A stretch of 64,000 nt of DNA from a bacterium (GCA_031362565.1 JANLSU010000126.1:21526-85525), one strand, 5' to 3'; positions 18,162 to 28,699 are shown, counted from the first letter of the stretch. The notes: a model not told the origin generated them from the letters alone. A program made the numbers and translations.

Positions 18162-18350
18162 GGTGGTGACTCCGGTCGAACGAGACGGTTGCGTCGAAGC
18201 ACTGGCCTGGGGCGACGAACGCGCCATTCTAACAGACTGGCGCCGGGCCCCGGCAAGGGCACCAGGCCGGCGGGGGACGCCTTGGGCTAGCATCCCCGCC
18301 CTTAGGCGTTTACAGTCAGAGATGCACCCTCGCCGCCCCATGGAGATGCC

Positions 18351-19172
18351 ATGTCCCGCCTGCCGCTCAGCGTCCTGGTGACGACGCTCGACGAGGCCGA
18401 GAACCTCCAGGCCTGCCTGGACAGCGTCTGCTGGGCGGACGAGGTCGTGGTCGTGGACTCGGGCAGTTCCGACGCCACGGTGGAGATCGCCCACCGCGCC
18501 GGGGCGCGAGTTCTGGTCCATCCCTACGAGAGCGCGGCGCGCCAGAAGAACTGGGCTTTGCCGCTCGTTCGCCACCCGTGGGTTCTGATCCTGGACGCCG
18601 ACGAACGCGTCAGTCCCGAACTCGCTGCCGAGATTCAGGGTGTGCTCGCCGCGGACGGCCCGGCCGACGGCTACTTCTTGAACCGGCGCAGTTTCTTCCT
18701 CGGCCAGGCAGTGCGCCACTGCGGCTGGGATCGCGACTTCATCCTGCGCTTCTTCCGCACGACCCAGGGCCGTTATAACGACAAACTGGTGCACGAAACC
18801 CTGCAACTGGACGGCCGGAGTGCCCGCCTGCGCGGCGCGTTGTGGCACTACACCTATCGCTCGTTTGCCGACTACCTGGAGCGCCTGAACCGTTATACGG
18901 CGCGCGGTGCGGCCGATTTGCGCGCCGCCGGCCGCCGCCCGTCCATCGCCGCGCTGCTCTTGCGCCCGCCGGCCCGCTTCCTGCGGATGTACGTCCTGCA
19001 ACGCGGCTGCCTCGACGGCCGGGTCGGCCTCCTCGTCTGCACGCTGGCGGCGTACAGTGTATGGCTGAAGTACGCCCGGCTCTTGGAACCGGCGGCCGTT
19101 GCGGTCCGCCCGACGATCGATGCCCGACCCACCCCGCACGCGGCGCCGGCCGCCGAGGAGGTGCGCCCGTGA
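18351..19172 (+). CDS. GT2 glycosyltransferase (WaaE/LgtF-like)
   Basis: 'VVVDSGSSDAT', 'QKNWAL', DxD 'LDADERVS', 'VHE', 'HYTY'. Confidence 0.9.
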   Translation: MSRLPLSVLVTTLDEAENLQACLDSVCWADEVVVVDSGSSDATVEIAHRAGARVLVHPYESAARQKNWALPLVRHPWVLILDADERVSPELAAEIQGVLAADGPADGYFLNRRSFFLGQAVRHCGWDRDFILRFFRTTQGRYNDKLVHETLQLDGRSARLRGALWHYTYRSFADYLERLNRYTARGAADLRAAGRRPSIAALLLRPPARFLRMYVLQRGCLDGRVGLLVCTLAAYSVWLKYARLLEPAAVAVRPTIDARPTPHAAPAAEEVRP

Positions 19173-20317
19173 GCTTGCCATCCAGTTTGCACTTGGACGC
19201 CGGACGTGATTTCCGTGGCGGCCAACGCCAAGTCCTCTACCTGTTGCAGGGGTTGCACCGGCGTGGACATCGCGTTCTGTTGTGCTGTCCGAAGCACGGC
19301 CCGTTGCATGAACGCGCCGTCGAAGCCGGCATTCCATGCCAGCCTCTGACGCTGCGGAGCGGGCTCGATTTCGCGTCGGCCGTCCGGCTGGTGCGGCTGG
19401 TGCGCGACGGCGACTTCGATTTGGTGCACGCCCACGACGCGCACAGCCACAGCATCGCACTCGCGGCGCAAGGCATCGGCCGGCATCGCGCCCTGTCGGA
19501 CCACTTGATCGTCACCCGGCGCAGCATCGGCCAGGCGGCGGGCCGGCTCGACCGCCTGAAATACGGCCAACCAGGTGTCGCCTACATCGCGATTTCCAAC
19601 GCCGTGCGCGATTCACTCGGACGTAATGGCGTCATCCCGGCCCATATCACCGTGGTGCCGAGCGGTGTCGAACCGCGCCCACCCGCGGCGCGCCACGTCG
19701 ACGATCCGTGGGGCCTCGCACTGCGCGGCGTCCGCGTCATCGGTACCGTCGGACACCTGACGCGTGAGAAGAACCACTCGCTCTTGCTCGAGGCATTTGC
19801 CCGGGTCAGGCGCCAGATCCCCGACGTGCATTTGCTGATCGCCGGCGATGGCGCGTTACGTGCAGCGCTCGAACGGCGCGCCAACAGCCTCGGGATCGCG
19901 GCGCACGTGACGTTCGCGGGGCAGCTCGAAGATGTGAGTACGGCGTACGGCATTCTGTCGGTGTTCGCGCTATCCTCCGATGTCGAGGGCCTGTGCACGG
20001 CGCTCCTCGATGCGATGGCCGCCGGCGTTCCCGTCGCCACTACGGCGGTGGGCGGCGTCATGGAAATCGCCCGGCACGGCGATTCGGCGATGGTGGTGCC
20101 GGCGCGCGATCCGGACGCGCTTTCGGGCGCCATCGTGCGCCTGCTCGAGCAACCGGACCTCGCCCAACGGCTGGTGGAAGGCGGGCGGCGCGTCGCCGAA
20201 CGCCACGGCATCGACCGCATGGTGGAGGGCACGACCGCGGTGTACGAGCGCGTGTTGCGCACCGCACCCACCCGGCCGCAACCCGCCGCGGCGGCGCCAC
20301 GGACCCAAGCGCGATGA
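19169..20317 (+). CDS. GT4 (GT-B) glycosyltransferase
   Basis: 'RGGQRQVLYL', 'VHAHDAH', 'EKNH', 'SSDVEGLCTALLDAMAAGVP'. The start overlaps the upstream stop. Confidence 0.88.
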   Translation: MSLPSSLHLDAGRDFRGGQRQVLYLLQGLHRRGHRVLLCCPKHGPLHERAVEAGIPCQPLTLRSGLDFASAVRLVRLVRDGDFDLVHAHDAHSHSIALAAQGIGRHRALSDHLIVTRRSIGQAAGRLDRLKYGQPGVAYIAISNAVRDSLGRNGVIPAHITVVPSGVEPRPPAARHVDDPWGLALRGVRVIGTVGHLTREKNHSLLLEAFARVRRQIPDVHLLIAGDGALRAALERRANSLGIAAHVTFAGQLEDVSTAYGILSVFALSSDVEGLCTALLDAMAAGVPVATTAVGGVMEIARHGDSAMVVPARDPDALSGAIVRLLEQPDLAQRLVEGGRRVAERHGIDRMVEGTTAVYERVLRTAPTRPQPAAAAPRTQAR

Positions 20318-21156
20318 TCCCGTTCGTGAAGATGCACGGCTCGGGAAATGATTTCGTGATCATCCACGAATCCGACCTGGCCCGGAACCCACCCATCGAT
20401 CCCGTGGCGCTCGCGCGCGCCGTGTGCGACCGGCATTTTGGAATCGGCGCCGACGGGCTGCTGGCCTGGGGCCCGCGGCCGGCGCGCGACGGCACGCCAC
20501 GCGTTCGCATGCTCTACTGGAATGCCGACGGATCGCGCGCCGAAATGTGCGGCAACGGCGCCCGCTGCGTCGCGCGCTTGGCATGGGAAGGCGGCGCCGT
20601 CGGCACTTCGTTCAGCCTCGAAACCGACGCCGGCGACCGGGCGGTGCGGGTGCGGACCACTGGAGCTGCCGGCCCAATCATCGAAATCGACATGGGTCCG
20701 GCGGTCTGGGATCCAGCCTCTCCACCGCTCTGCCCGATGACCGTCAACGCCGAGCAACTCCACGTCAGCGCCGTCTCGATGGGCAATCCACACGCCATCG
20801 TCTTCGTCACGGACAAAGCCACCCTCGAACGCATCCCGCTCGCGACCACCGGCGCCGCACTGTCGGCGCACGCAGCGTTCCCGCACGGCGCCAATGCAAG
20901 CTTCGTCGCGGTCGATGCCGAGGGACTGCATCTGCGCACCTGGGAACGTGGCTCCGGGTCGACACTGGCGTGCGGCACCGCAACGTGTGCCGCATTTGCA
21001 GTCGCGCGGCGCACGCGCCAGCTCGAAGCGCAACGGGTGCAGGTGCACCAACCCGGCGGCTCGGTCGAAGTCTGGGAAGGTGCCGGAGGCCACCTGTGGA
21101 TGGCGGGGCCGGCCGTCAAAATCGCCGCCGGGGACTTGGCCGCCGAGAGACTCTAG
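20314..21156 (+). CDS. dapF: Diaminopimelate epimerase
   Basis: 'FVKMHGSGNDF', 'DRHFGIGADG', 'NADGSRAEMCGNG', 'SMGNPH', 'ERGSGSTLACGT'. Confidence 0.95.
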   Translation: MIPFVKMHGSGNDFVIIHESDLARNPPIDPVALARAVCDRHFGIGADGLLAWGPRPARDGTPRVRMLYWNADGSRAEMCGNGARCVARLAWEGGAVGTSFSLETDAGDRAVRVRTTGAAGPIIEIDMGPAVWDPASPPLCPMTVNAEQLHVSAVSMGNPHAIVFVTDKATLERIPLATTGAALSAHAAFPHGANASFVAVDAEGLHLRTWERGSGSTLACGTATCAAFAVARRTRQLEAQRVQVHQPGGSVEVWEGAGGHLWMAGPAVKIAAGDLAAERL

Positions 21157-22187
21157 GCGCGCTCACCCTTCAAGAACCGCATCGCCAGCGCGACGTCGTC
21201 GCGGCTGCCGATGAACAGCGGCGTGCGCTCGTGCAAATCTTGTGGTTCGATATCGAGGATATTGCGTTCGCCGTCGGTCGCGGCGCCACCGGCCTGCTCG
21301 GCAATGAACGCCAGTGGATTGGCTTCGTAGAGGAGCCGCAGCTTGCCGCGCGACGCCTTGGCTTCCTTACGATCCGACGGGTAGAAATACAACCCGCCAT
21401 ACAACAGATTGCGGTGGAAGTCCGCCACCAGGGAACCGATGTAGCGCAGACTGCGCGGCCGGCGGCCCTCGGCGCCGTTGCCCACTTCACCCTTGAGGTA
21501 ATCGACGAGCGCCTGCATGTTCGCCGACCAATACTTAGCGTTGCCTTCATTGCAACTGTAGAGCGGGCCGCTTGGCGGTGTGGTGATCGCTTCGTGCGAC
21601 AGCAAGAACTCGCCGACGCTCGGGTCGAGCGTGAAGCCATAGACGCCCTGGCCGAAGGTGTACACGAGCATGGTGCTCGGCCCGTAGACGATATAACCGG
21701 CGCAGATCATCTTGCGCCCCGGCTGCAGCAAATCCGACAGTGTTCCATCATCGGTGGCGCGCTGATTGCGCCGCCGGTAGATGCCGAAGATCGTGCCGAT
21801 GTTGACATTGGCGTCGATATTCGACGACCCGTCGAGCGGGTCGAAGACCAGCACGTACGGGCCCTTCTTGAACTGCTGCGGAATCGGAATCGGGTCGGCC
21901 ATCTCTTCGGAAGCCATGACGCACAGGTAACCGGTGTGATCGAGCACCTTCACCATGACGTCGTTGGCGAAGTCATCCAGCTTCATGACCTGTTCGCCCT
22001 GGACGTTGGTCTTGCCCGTGCCGCCCAAAGCGTCCAGCAACCCGGCCTTGTTGACCTCGCGCGAGATGAGTTTGGCAGCGATCTGGATGTCGAGGAGCAA
22101 CCCCGAGAACGCGCCCGTCGCCTCGGGATGGCGATGCTGGCACTCGACGATGAACCGCGAAAGGGTCATGCCCTTCAGGCTGGTCAT
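21153..22187 (-). CDS. fbp: Class 1 fructose-1,6-bisphosphatase
   Basis: 'NVQGEQVMKLD', 'FDPLDGSSNID', 'RYIGSLVADFHR', 'GKLRLLYEANP'. Confidence 0.95.
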   Translation of the reverse strand: MTSLKGMTLSRFIVECQHRHPEATGAFSGLLLDIQIAAKLISREVNKAGLLDALGGTGKTNVQGEQVMKLDDFANDVMVKVLDHTGYLCVMASEEMADPIPIPQQFKKGPYVLVFDPLDGSSNIDANVNIGTIFGIYRRRNQRATDDGTLSDLLQPGRKMICAGYIVYGPSTMLVYTFGQGVYGFTLDPSVGEFLLSHEAITTPPSGPLYSCNEGNAKYWSANMQALVDYLKGEVGNGAEGRRPRSLRYIGSLVADFHRNLLYGGLYFYPSDRKEAKASRGKLRLLYEANPLAFIAEQAGGAATDGERNILDIEPQDLHERTPLFIGSRDDVALAMRFLKGERA

Positions 22188-22263
22188 GACGGGACTCCTG
22201 ACGGTTGTGCGGGCGTACCGCTGGATGGCCAGGAGTATACGCACTCGACCGTGGGCGCGGCAG

Positions 22264-23022
22264 CTAGGACTTGGATCCCGCTCCGACCGTCTCCTTGCCT
22301 TCCGGCGCACCTTTGCCGGTGGCCGGGCGGCTGTCGTCACGATAGCCGTAGTACTTGTGATCGTAGTAGTACGGCAGCACCTCGGCGTGGTTGTTGACGA
22401 TCACACCGAGGATGTTCGCATCGACATCGAGCAACACGTCACGGGCCCGAACCACGAGTTCGCGTGGCGTGACACCCGCCATCACCACCATGAGGACGCC
22501 GTCGACCTCGGGCGACACCTGCATGGGGTCGCTGACCGGAATCACCGGCGGACAATCGATGATGATCGTATCGTAGTAGAACTTCAGCTCGTTGAGAGCC
22601 TCGGCGAGCCGGTGTGTGTCGAACAGATACGACGGCGTCGGGTCGGGGCGCCCGGCGCTCATGATCTTCAGGGTGTCGCACGGCGTATCCTGCACGCAGT
22701 CCAGAACATCGCGCTCGCCCGACAACACTTCAACGAGTCCCGGCTGACGCGACACACCGAAGTATTTGTGCACCTTGGGGCGGCGCAAGTCGGCGTCGAT
22801 AATGATCGTCTTGGTGCGTTTGTGGCGCGCGATGGTCAGCGCCAGGAACGCCGCCACGGTACTCTTGCCCTCGCCCAGCGTCGCACTGGTCACCATGAAG
22901 GATTTGCTGTTGTTGGCGCGCGTCTTCTGGCGCAGCTTGCCCCACAGACGGCGCATTTCGATGCCGAGCGCCGATTCCTCGGAGTAACAGTCGAAGACTG
23001 TGATCTTGTCCTTGTCGCTCAC
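22264..23022 (-). CDS. CpsD/CapB-family bacterial tyrosine kinase (catalytic subunit)
   Basis: Walker A 'GEGKST', A' 'IIDADLRRP', B 'IIIDCPP', C-terminal tyrosine cluster 'YYYDHKYYGY'. Confidence 0.9.
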   Translation of the reverse strand: MSDKDKITVFDCYSEESALGIEMRRLWGKLRQKTRANNSKSFMVTSATLGEGKSTVAAFLALTIARHKRTKTIIIDADLRRPKVHKYFGVSRQPGLVEVLSGERDVLDCVQDTPCDTLKIMSAGRPDPTPSYLFDTHRLAEALNELKFYYDTIIIDCPPVIPVSDPMQVSPEVDGVLMVVMAGVTPRELVVRARDVLLDVDANILGVIVNNHAEVLPYYYDHKYYGYRDDSRPATGKGAPEGKETVGAGSKS

Positions 23023-23034
23023 GGATTTCCTCCG

Positions 23035-24783
23035 CTACCTCGAGGGGGCCGGGATGCTGGCCGGGCGCACGGGGTTCACACTGGGCCGTACCGCCGACGG
23101 CGTGACGCCGCCACGCAAGATTTCTTCGGCGCGCGCCCGTGGCACCGTGACGTGCTGCTTGCGGAGCAGCTTCTCGTACAACGCCATACCGCCGATGACC
23201 ATCACCAGCAACAGGATCGAGCTGCCGAGCACCAAGTGCCGGCGCCGGCTGGCCGGGATGCCGCCGAACGGCATGCCGTTCGGAACCAGCGGCACCGTCC
23301 CGACGACGCGCAAGTTGAGCACCCGTTCGATCTCTTCGACGTCCTTGAACGACTTGTCGAGATACTCGAGGCCGAGGATCGAACCGACGCCACCCAAGAG
23401 AGCCAGCACGAAGGCCAAGAGCGTCAGGCGCTTCTTGTCGGGCTTGATCGGCGCCACCGGCTTCTCCGGTGGATCGACGACGCTGACGCCGCCCGCGAGT
23501 TCGGTCGCCATCATGGTTTCGGACAGTTCGGCGCTCTTGATCGTGCGCTCGAACGTTTCGAGATCGGAGCGCGCTTGTAGGGCCCGATCCTGCAGCGCGG
23601 TCAACTGCAATTCGAGTTCGGGCTGGGCTTCGGCGCGTGACGAATAGCGGCCCAGCTGGCGATCGAGGTCGCTGGCGACGCTGCGCAAGACGTCGGTGGC
23701 GACGGTTTCGTAGGCATACTCCGCGATGCGCTCGCGATAGAACGCGTCGACCCGCGCGAACTTGTCCTCGGCCAGCGCCGACAATCGTGCCCGCAGCGCA
23801 CTGCGCGTCGAACCGTTGCCGTCCAGGGCCGTGCCGTTCGTACCGGGCGCCCGCTGCACGTCGTCCGACAGTTCGTCTTCGAGCCCGGCCCGTAGCCGGC
23901 GTTCGAGGGCCGCGACTTCCTTGTCGGCGCGCAAGGCCTTCACGTCGGGAAGCGCCTCGAGCACGCTGCGCAGGAGTTCACGCAAGTTGTCGGTGCGGTG
24001 CTCGCCTTGATCCACGTCCGCCTGCATGCGCCGCAGCTCGGCTTTGGCGCTGGCCACATTGGCCACGTTGACCGTGCCGCTGGCATTCTGTTCGCGGATC
24101 AGCTTCGACTGGAAATCGCGCAGGTCTTTTTCCGCGCCTTCGACCTTGTCGCTGTAGATGCGTTGCTGGGCCGACGAGAACTTGAACAGTTCCTCGAGCT
24201 TGTCCATGCGCTCGCGCTTGACTTCGGTGACGAAGTCTCTGGCGACTACCTTGGCGAGAATATAGGCACTCTCGGCGTCGTTGTCGGCAACCGCCACGGT
24301 GAACATGTTGTTGTCGGCAACCTTGACGTCGAGCTTCTCGCGCAGCCCGCGAACCAGCAGGCGCATGGCGATTTCTTCCGTCGGGACGTCCGGATTGCGC
24401 GTGTCGTGCATCATTTTGGCGCGCGCCAGAATCGTCGGATCGTTCTGCAGCCCCAGCTCGCGGATGACGCCTTCCAGAAATTCGCGCCCCTCGACCTGGG
24501 TGCGGACGTCCGCCAATTGGTCCTTGCGGCGAGTCCGCTTGTCTTCGCCGACGATGGCGCGCTCGAGTTCGTTGTTGACGCGGGTGCGCTGCTCGACCAG
24601 CAGGCGCGCCTGGGAAATGTACAGCGGACTCATGAAACGAACCGCGACCGCCGTAATGCTGGTGATGAACAGGACTGGCAGAATGACGAACAACCGCCGG
24701 CGCCAAATCAGCCGGAAGTAACGCATGACGTCCAGCCGGGTATCATCGGCCTCGAGCACGCGGCGTTCGGGTTTCGCTGCCAT
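23035..24783 (-). CDS. Wzz/GumC-family polysaccharide co-polymerase (chain-length regulator)
   Basis: N-terminal TM after 'IWRRR', long periplasmic coiled coil, 'VVDPPEKPVAPIKP', TM, then 'EYLDKSFKDVEEIERVL..VVGTVP'. Confidence 0.85.
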   Translation of the reverse strand: MAAKPERRVLEADDTRLDVMRYFRLIWRRRLFVILPVLFITSITAVAVRFMSPLYISQARLLVEQRTRVNNELERAIVGEDKRTRRKDQLADVRTQVEGREFLEGVIRELGLQNDPTILARAKMMHDTRNPDVPTEEIAMRLLVRGLREKLDVKVADNNMFTVAVADNDAESAYILAKVVARDFVTEVKRERMDKLEELFKFSSAQQRIYSDKVEGAEKDLRDFQSKLIREQNASGTVNVANVASAKAELRRMQADVDQGEHRTDNLRELLRSVLEALPDVKALRADKEVAALERRLRAGLEDELSDDVQRAPGTNGTALDGNGSTRSALRARLSALAEDKFARVDAFYRERIAEYAYETVATDVLRSVASDLDRQLGRYSSRAEAQPELELQLTALQDRALQARSDLETFERTIKSAELSETMMATELAGGVSVVDPPEKPVAPIKPDKKRLTLLAFVLALLGGVGSILGLEYLDKSFKDVEEIERVLNLRVVGTVPLVPNGMPFGGIPASRRRHLVLGSSILLLVMVIGGMALYEKLLRKQHVTVPRARAEEILRGGVTPSAVRPSVNPVRPASIPAPSR

Positions 24784-24952
24784 TCTGTCCCTCTCCTGAC
24801 GCGATGAGCGGTCGGATCGGCCGACGGGAATCTCGCCTTGGCGCGCGAGCCGTGTGGCAAGCAGCAAGAACTGCACCCGGCATCGCGCCAACGCGCGCGG
24901 CGGTGCCGCACGCCGGCGTTTGCAGGAACGAAGCCGGAAGCAATGCCTGGAA

Positions 24953-26134
24953 TCAGAGGCGGCGCAGATGCAGGCCCTTGAGGTATTCACCCTCGGCGTG
25001 GGCCAGCGCCACGGGATGGTCGGCAGGCGCACCGAGCCGGTCGAGCACTTGCACGGCGGCACCCGCTTCGGCGGCGGCCGCGAAGGCCATGCGCCGGAAG
25101 GCGACCATGTCGACGTACTGCGAGCAGGAAAAAGTGAAGAGTTCGCCGCCCGGGGCGAGGATTTCCAATGCCTGGCGGTTGATTTCCTTGTAACCGCGGA
25201 GCGCGGCTTCGACCTGGTGCTTCTTCTTGGCGAACGCCGGTGGATCGAGCACCACGAGATCGTAGCGCGTGCCCTGGCGCTGCGCATCGCGCAGAAAATC
25301 GAAGGCGTCGCCCTGCACGACCTCGCCCGCCTCGAAACCGTTGCGCGCCGCGTTGCGCCGCAAGAGCGCCACCGCGGCTTCGCTCGACTCGACACTGGTC
25401 ACCGCGGTCGCGCCGCCGGCTTGCGCCGCGATGCCGAAGGCACCGGTGTACGCAAAGCAGTTGAGCACCCGCCGGCCCGCGGCACGGGCGCGCACCCGGG
25501 CGCGGTTGTCGCGTTGGTCGAGAAAGAAGCCGGTCTTCTGGCCGGCATCCGGCTGGACGCCATATCGCAAACCGAGCTCGCGAATCTCGATCTCGTCCGC
25601 GAGCGGTTCGCCGGCAACCACGCCTTTGCGCATCGGCAAGTCTTCTTCACGCCGTACCGGAATATCGCTCCGTTCGTAGATCGTCCGCGGGTGCAGGCGC
25701 GACACCAGGATCTCGACGACACGATCGCGCAAACGTTCCATGCCGGCGGTTTGGATTTGCGTTACCAGCACATCGGCGTAGCGATCGACGATGAGTCCCG
25801 AGAGCAAGTCCCCTTCACTCGCCACCAGCCGGTAGGCGTCGGTCTCCGGCGGAATCACCGCGGCGCGCAACTGCAGTGCGGCGTCGATGCGCACCTCGAG
25901 CAGCTCTTGGATGCTTTCGATCTCGTGCCACGCCAAGAGCCGCACCGCCAGACTGCGCGATGGATTGGCGTAGCCGACCGCGACGAATTTCCCGAACTCG
26001 TCCTCGACCCGGCACAAACTCCCGGGATCCAGGTCCGGCAGCGTCTCGAACGCCCCCGAGAACAACCACGGGTGGCCGGCACGTGCCGACTTGGAGCGTT
26101 CCTTCTTGAGCCGGACAACTGGCAGGACGAGCAC
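24953..26134 (-). CDS. rlmI: RlmI-like class I SAM-dependent rRNA methyltransferase
   Basis: PUA-like 'GHPWLFSG', 'EGDLLSGLIVDRY', 'GQKTGFFLDQRDNR', 'LNCFAYTGAF', 'LDPPAF', 'FSCS', 'EGEYLKG'. Confidence 0.88.
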   Translation of the reverse strand: MLVLPVVRLKKERSKSARAGHPWLFSGAFETLPDLDPGSLCRVEDEFGKFVAVGYANPSRSLAVRLLAWHEIESIQELLEVRIDAALQLRAAVIPPETDAYRLVASEGDLLSGLIVDRYADVLVTQIQTAGMERLRDRVVEILVSRLHPRTIYERSDIPVRREEDLPMRKGVVAGEPLADEIEIRELGLRYGVQPDAGQKTGFFLDQRDNRARVRARAAGRRVLNCFAYTGAFGIAAQAGGATAVTSVESSEAAVALLRRNAARNGFEAGEVVQGDAFDFLRDAQRQGTRYDLVVLDPPAFAKKKHQVEAALRGYKEINRQALEILAPGGELFTFSCSQYVDMVAFRRMAFAAAAEAGAAVQVLDRLGAPADHPVALAHAEGEYLKGLHLRRL

Positions 26135-26135
26135 T

Positions 26136-26927
26136 TCATTCTCCCCGGTACACAGGCGGACGTTTGGCCCGGAACGCTTGCAGGCCTTCCAGCCGGTCCG
26201 CGGTCAGCAAGAGCGCCTCGTAGGCCTGCTGCTCGAGAGCGAGACCGGCCGCGAGTTCGACCTCGAGTGCGGCATCGAGTGCCTGCTTGGCCTGGCGCAC
26301 CGCGAGCGGCGCGTTGACCGCAATCTCGCGCGCCAGCGCCTGTGCCGCCGGCAACACCTCGGACGCCGGTACGACACGCGTCGCGAGCCCAGAGGCCAGC
26401 GCCTCGGCGGCATCGATGCGCCGCGCCGTGAAAATCATTTCCTTGGCGCGCGCCAGACCGACGATGCGCGGCAGGCGTTGCGTGCCGCCGGCTCCCGGCA
26501 TGATCCCGACTGCGACCTCCGTCAGGCCGCAACGCGCGGTCGCCGCGAACACCCGCAGATCGCACGCCAGCAACAATTCCATGCCGCCGCCGAAGGCGAC
26601 GCCGTTCACCGCCGCGATGGTCGGAAACGGCAATCGTGCGACCGCATCGAAGACCTGCGAGATGAGGCGCACGAAAGCCCGTGTCTCATCGAGCGTCATA
26701 CCCTGGCGCTCTTTGAGATCGGCACCCGCACTGAAGGCTTTGTCGCCCGCCGCGGTGACAATCGCCGCGCGCACACTCCGGTCGCCGCGCACGGCGTCGA
26801 CGGCGCCGAGCAAGGCCTCCAGCAAGCCGCGATTGAATGCGTTGAGTGCCAGAGGACGGTTCAGTGTCCAGGTGACGATGTCATCGGCGCGCGACGTGAC
26901 GACGAGCGGCGCTTCGGTGGTCATCAA
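26136..26927 (-). CDS. Enoyl-CoA hydratase/isomerase family protein (methylglutaconyl-CoA hydratase-like)
   Basis: 'FSAGADLKER', 'AAVNGVAFGGGMEL', 'GLTE..GIMPGAGGTQRLPR', 'DRLEGL.AF..KRPP'. Confidence 0.9.
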   Translation of the reverse strand: MMTTEAPLVVTSRADDIVTWTLNRPLALNAFNRGLLEALLGAVDAVRGDRSVRAAIVTAAGDKAFSAGADLKERQGMTLDETRAFVRLISQVFDAVARLPFPTIAAVNGVAFGGGMELLLACDLRVFAATARCGLTEVAVGIMPGAGGTQRLPRIVGLARAKEMIFTARRIDAAEALASGLATRVVPASEVLPAAQALAREIAVNAPLAVRQAKQALDAALEVELAAGLALEQQAYEALLLTADRLEGLQAFRAKRPPVYRGE

Positions 26928-27027
26928 GGCTCCTTCGGAAGCGGCCTCGGCTGGGCGACGTTACGCGGCACGGCGCGCACGATCAAGCCCCTTGCGGGCG
27001 CGAGCCGCTTTGCCGCATGCTCCTCCA

Positions 27028-28077
27028 ATGCCACAGCGAGGCCAGGAACTCATCGAGCCCGCGACGTTCCTCGATCGTCTCCTGGACGATTTTCGTATCC
27101 CAGGCGATGCGCTCGTGGTCACGCACGACAATCCGGATCCCGATTCGTTGTCGTCCGCCTACGGACTCCAGACCCTGTTCGAAGCCGTGCTGGGCCGCAA
27201 GACGACGATCGGCTACGGCGGCATCATCGGCCGCGCCGAAAATCGCGCCCTGGTGCGGGCCTGCAAGATTCCCGTCGTGCCGCTCGATCAACTCGACTTG
27301 AACGCCTTCACGACATTGGCGCTCGTCGACTCGCAGCCGCAGACCGGCAACAATTCGATCCCGGCGGCGGCGCAGATCGACCTCGTCATCGACCATCATC
27401 CGTTGCGCCCCACGACCACGGAGCGGGCGCGTTGGGTGGACGTGCGCAGCGATTTCGGCGCGTCGGCGACCATCGTTTGCACGTACCTGCAACAGAAGAA
27501 GGTGGCGGTTCCGACCCTGCTCGCGACGGCATTCGTCTACGCCATCAAATCGGAGACGCAGGATCTCGGCGTGCGCGCCAACGAGCACGATCGCGAGACC
27601 TACTTCCAACTCTTTCAGGCCACCGATCCGCGGCTGTTGTTCGAAATCACCCATCCCAAGGTATCGCTCGAGTACTTCCGTATCTTGGGCGACGTGACGC
27701 GCCGCACGATGCTGTATGGCCCCGCCGCCGTGACTTACATCGGCGACATTCCGAACCCCGACTTTGTCGCCGAAATGGCCGACATGGTGATGCGCCTGGA
27801 AGGCGTCGACTGGGCGCTCTGCATGGGCGTGTACGGCGAGACGCTCATCCTGTCGCTGCGCACCAATCGCGAGGCCGGCGGTGCCGGACAGATGATCCAG
27901 AAACTGGTGCGCGGTCTGGGCCAAGCCGGCGGCCACGGCCTCATGGCCGGCGGCAAGGTGACCAACGTGCCGGCAGATCGCAGTGCGCGGCACCAGGTCG
28001 TGAACGGCATCCGCGATCGCTTCTTGAACGAACTCGGGATGCAGGACGAACCGCCGCGCACCATCGTCGACGACTGA
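27028..28077 (+). CDS. DHH/DHHA1 family phosphoesterase
   Basis: 'THDNPDPDSL', 'LVD', 'IDHH', 'GASAT', C-terminal 'SLRT...AGGH...AGG'. Confidence 0.88.
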   Translation: MPQRGQELIEPATFLDRLLDDFRIPGDALVVTHDNPDPDSLSSAYGLQTLFEAVLGRKTTIGYGGIIGRAENRALVRACKIPVVPLDQLDLNAFTTLALVDSQPQTGNNSIPAAAQIDLVIDHHPLRPTTTERARWVDVRSDFGASATIVCTYLQQKKVAVPTLLATAFVYAIKSETQDLGVRANEHDRETYFQLFQATDPRLLFEITHPKVSLEYFRILGDVTRRTMLYGPAAVTYIGDIPNPDFVAEMADMVMRLEGVDWALCMGVYGETLILSLRTNREAGGAGQMIQKLVRGLGQAGGHGLMAGGKVTNVPADRSARHQVVNGIRDRFLNELGMQDEPPRTIVDD

Positions 28078-28081
28078 GGCG

Positions 28082-28699
28082 TCAATCCACGAACGTGAAC
28101 GCATCGTCCCGGTGCACCGCGGCGGCGGCGCCGCGCTGGCGTTGGCGGTCGCGATACGTCGCCTGTTTGCGAGCGAAGTATTCGGGTTCACGCGCCGCCT
28201 TGCGATAGGCGAACGCCGCATTGGCGCAGGCCTTGCCGCAGTACTGGCCGCTGCGCGGTCCCGCCACGAGCCGCGCGCACTGGCGCCACTCGGACCCGCC
28301 GCTGCGGATCACTCCGGCGCAGCGTGCCACGACGCCGTCGAGCGCCGGACGCGACATCAAGTCCACGAGCGCCGTGCTCAGGAGTTCCTCGACGGCGGCG
28401 GGCAGTGCCGTGCGGACGCGTGCCGCCCGCAGCGGCGGCAGCTCGAAGCCGGCACGGCGTTCCGGTTCGGCAACCCGCAACGTGACCGACGCAAGCCACT
28501 GATTCGCGGCGAGGGCGCCGACCCGGCCCGCCGACAGCCGCTCCTGAGCCGCACCCCGCAAACCCGCGATGTCAGCCCGCAGCGCCACCTCGGCACCGTC
28601 TGTCCAGGCAGCCCCCGGCGCAAATTCGCCCAGAAAAGCCCGCAAGAGTGCCTCTTCTTCCCATCCCAACGCCCGATTCAAGAGTTCGACCCACAACAT
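28082..28699 (-). CDS. Hypothetical protein with a CGNR-like C-terminal zinc finger
   Basis: Four Cys in 'RC...QC...YCGKACAN' followed by a basic helix. Confidence 0.5.
   Translation of the reverse strand: MLWVELLNRALGWEEEALLRAFLGEFAPGAAWTDGAEVALRADIAGLRGAAQERLSAGRVGALAANQWLASVTLRVAEPERRAGFELPPLRAARVRTALPAAVEELLSTALVDLMSRPALDGVVARCAGVIRSGGSEWRQCARLVAGPRSGQYCGKACANAAFAYRKAAREPEYFARKQATYRDRQRQRGAAAAVHRDDAFTFVD

Noticed and set aside
24280..24322. 13-bp direct repeat GTTGTCGGCAACC, 30 nt apart
   Set aside because: It falls inside the wzz coding sequence and encodes VADN twice. There is no sign of an insertion or target-site duplication.
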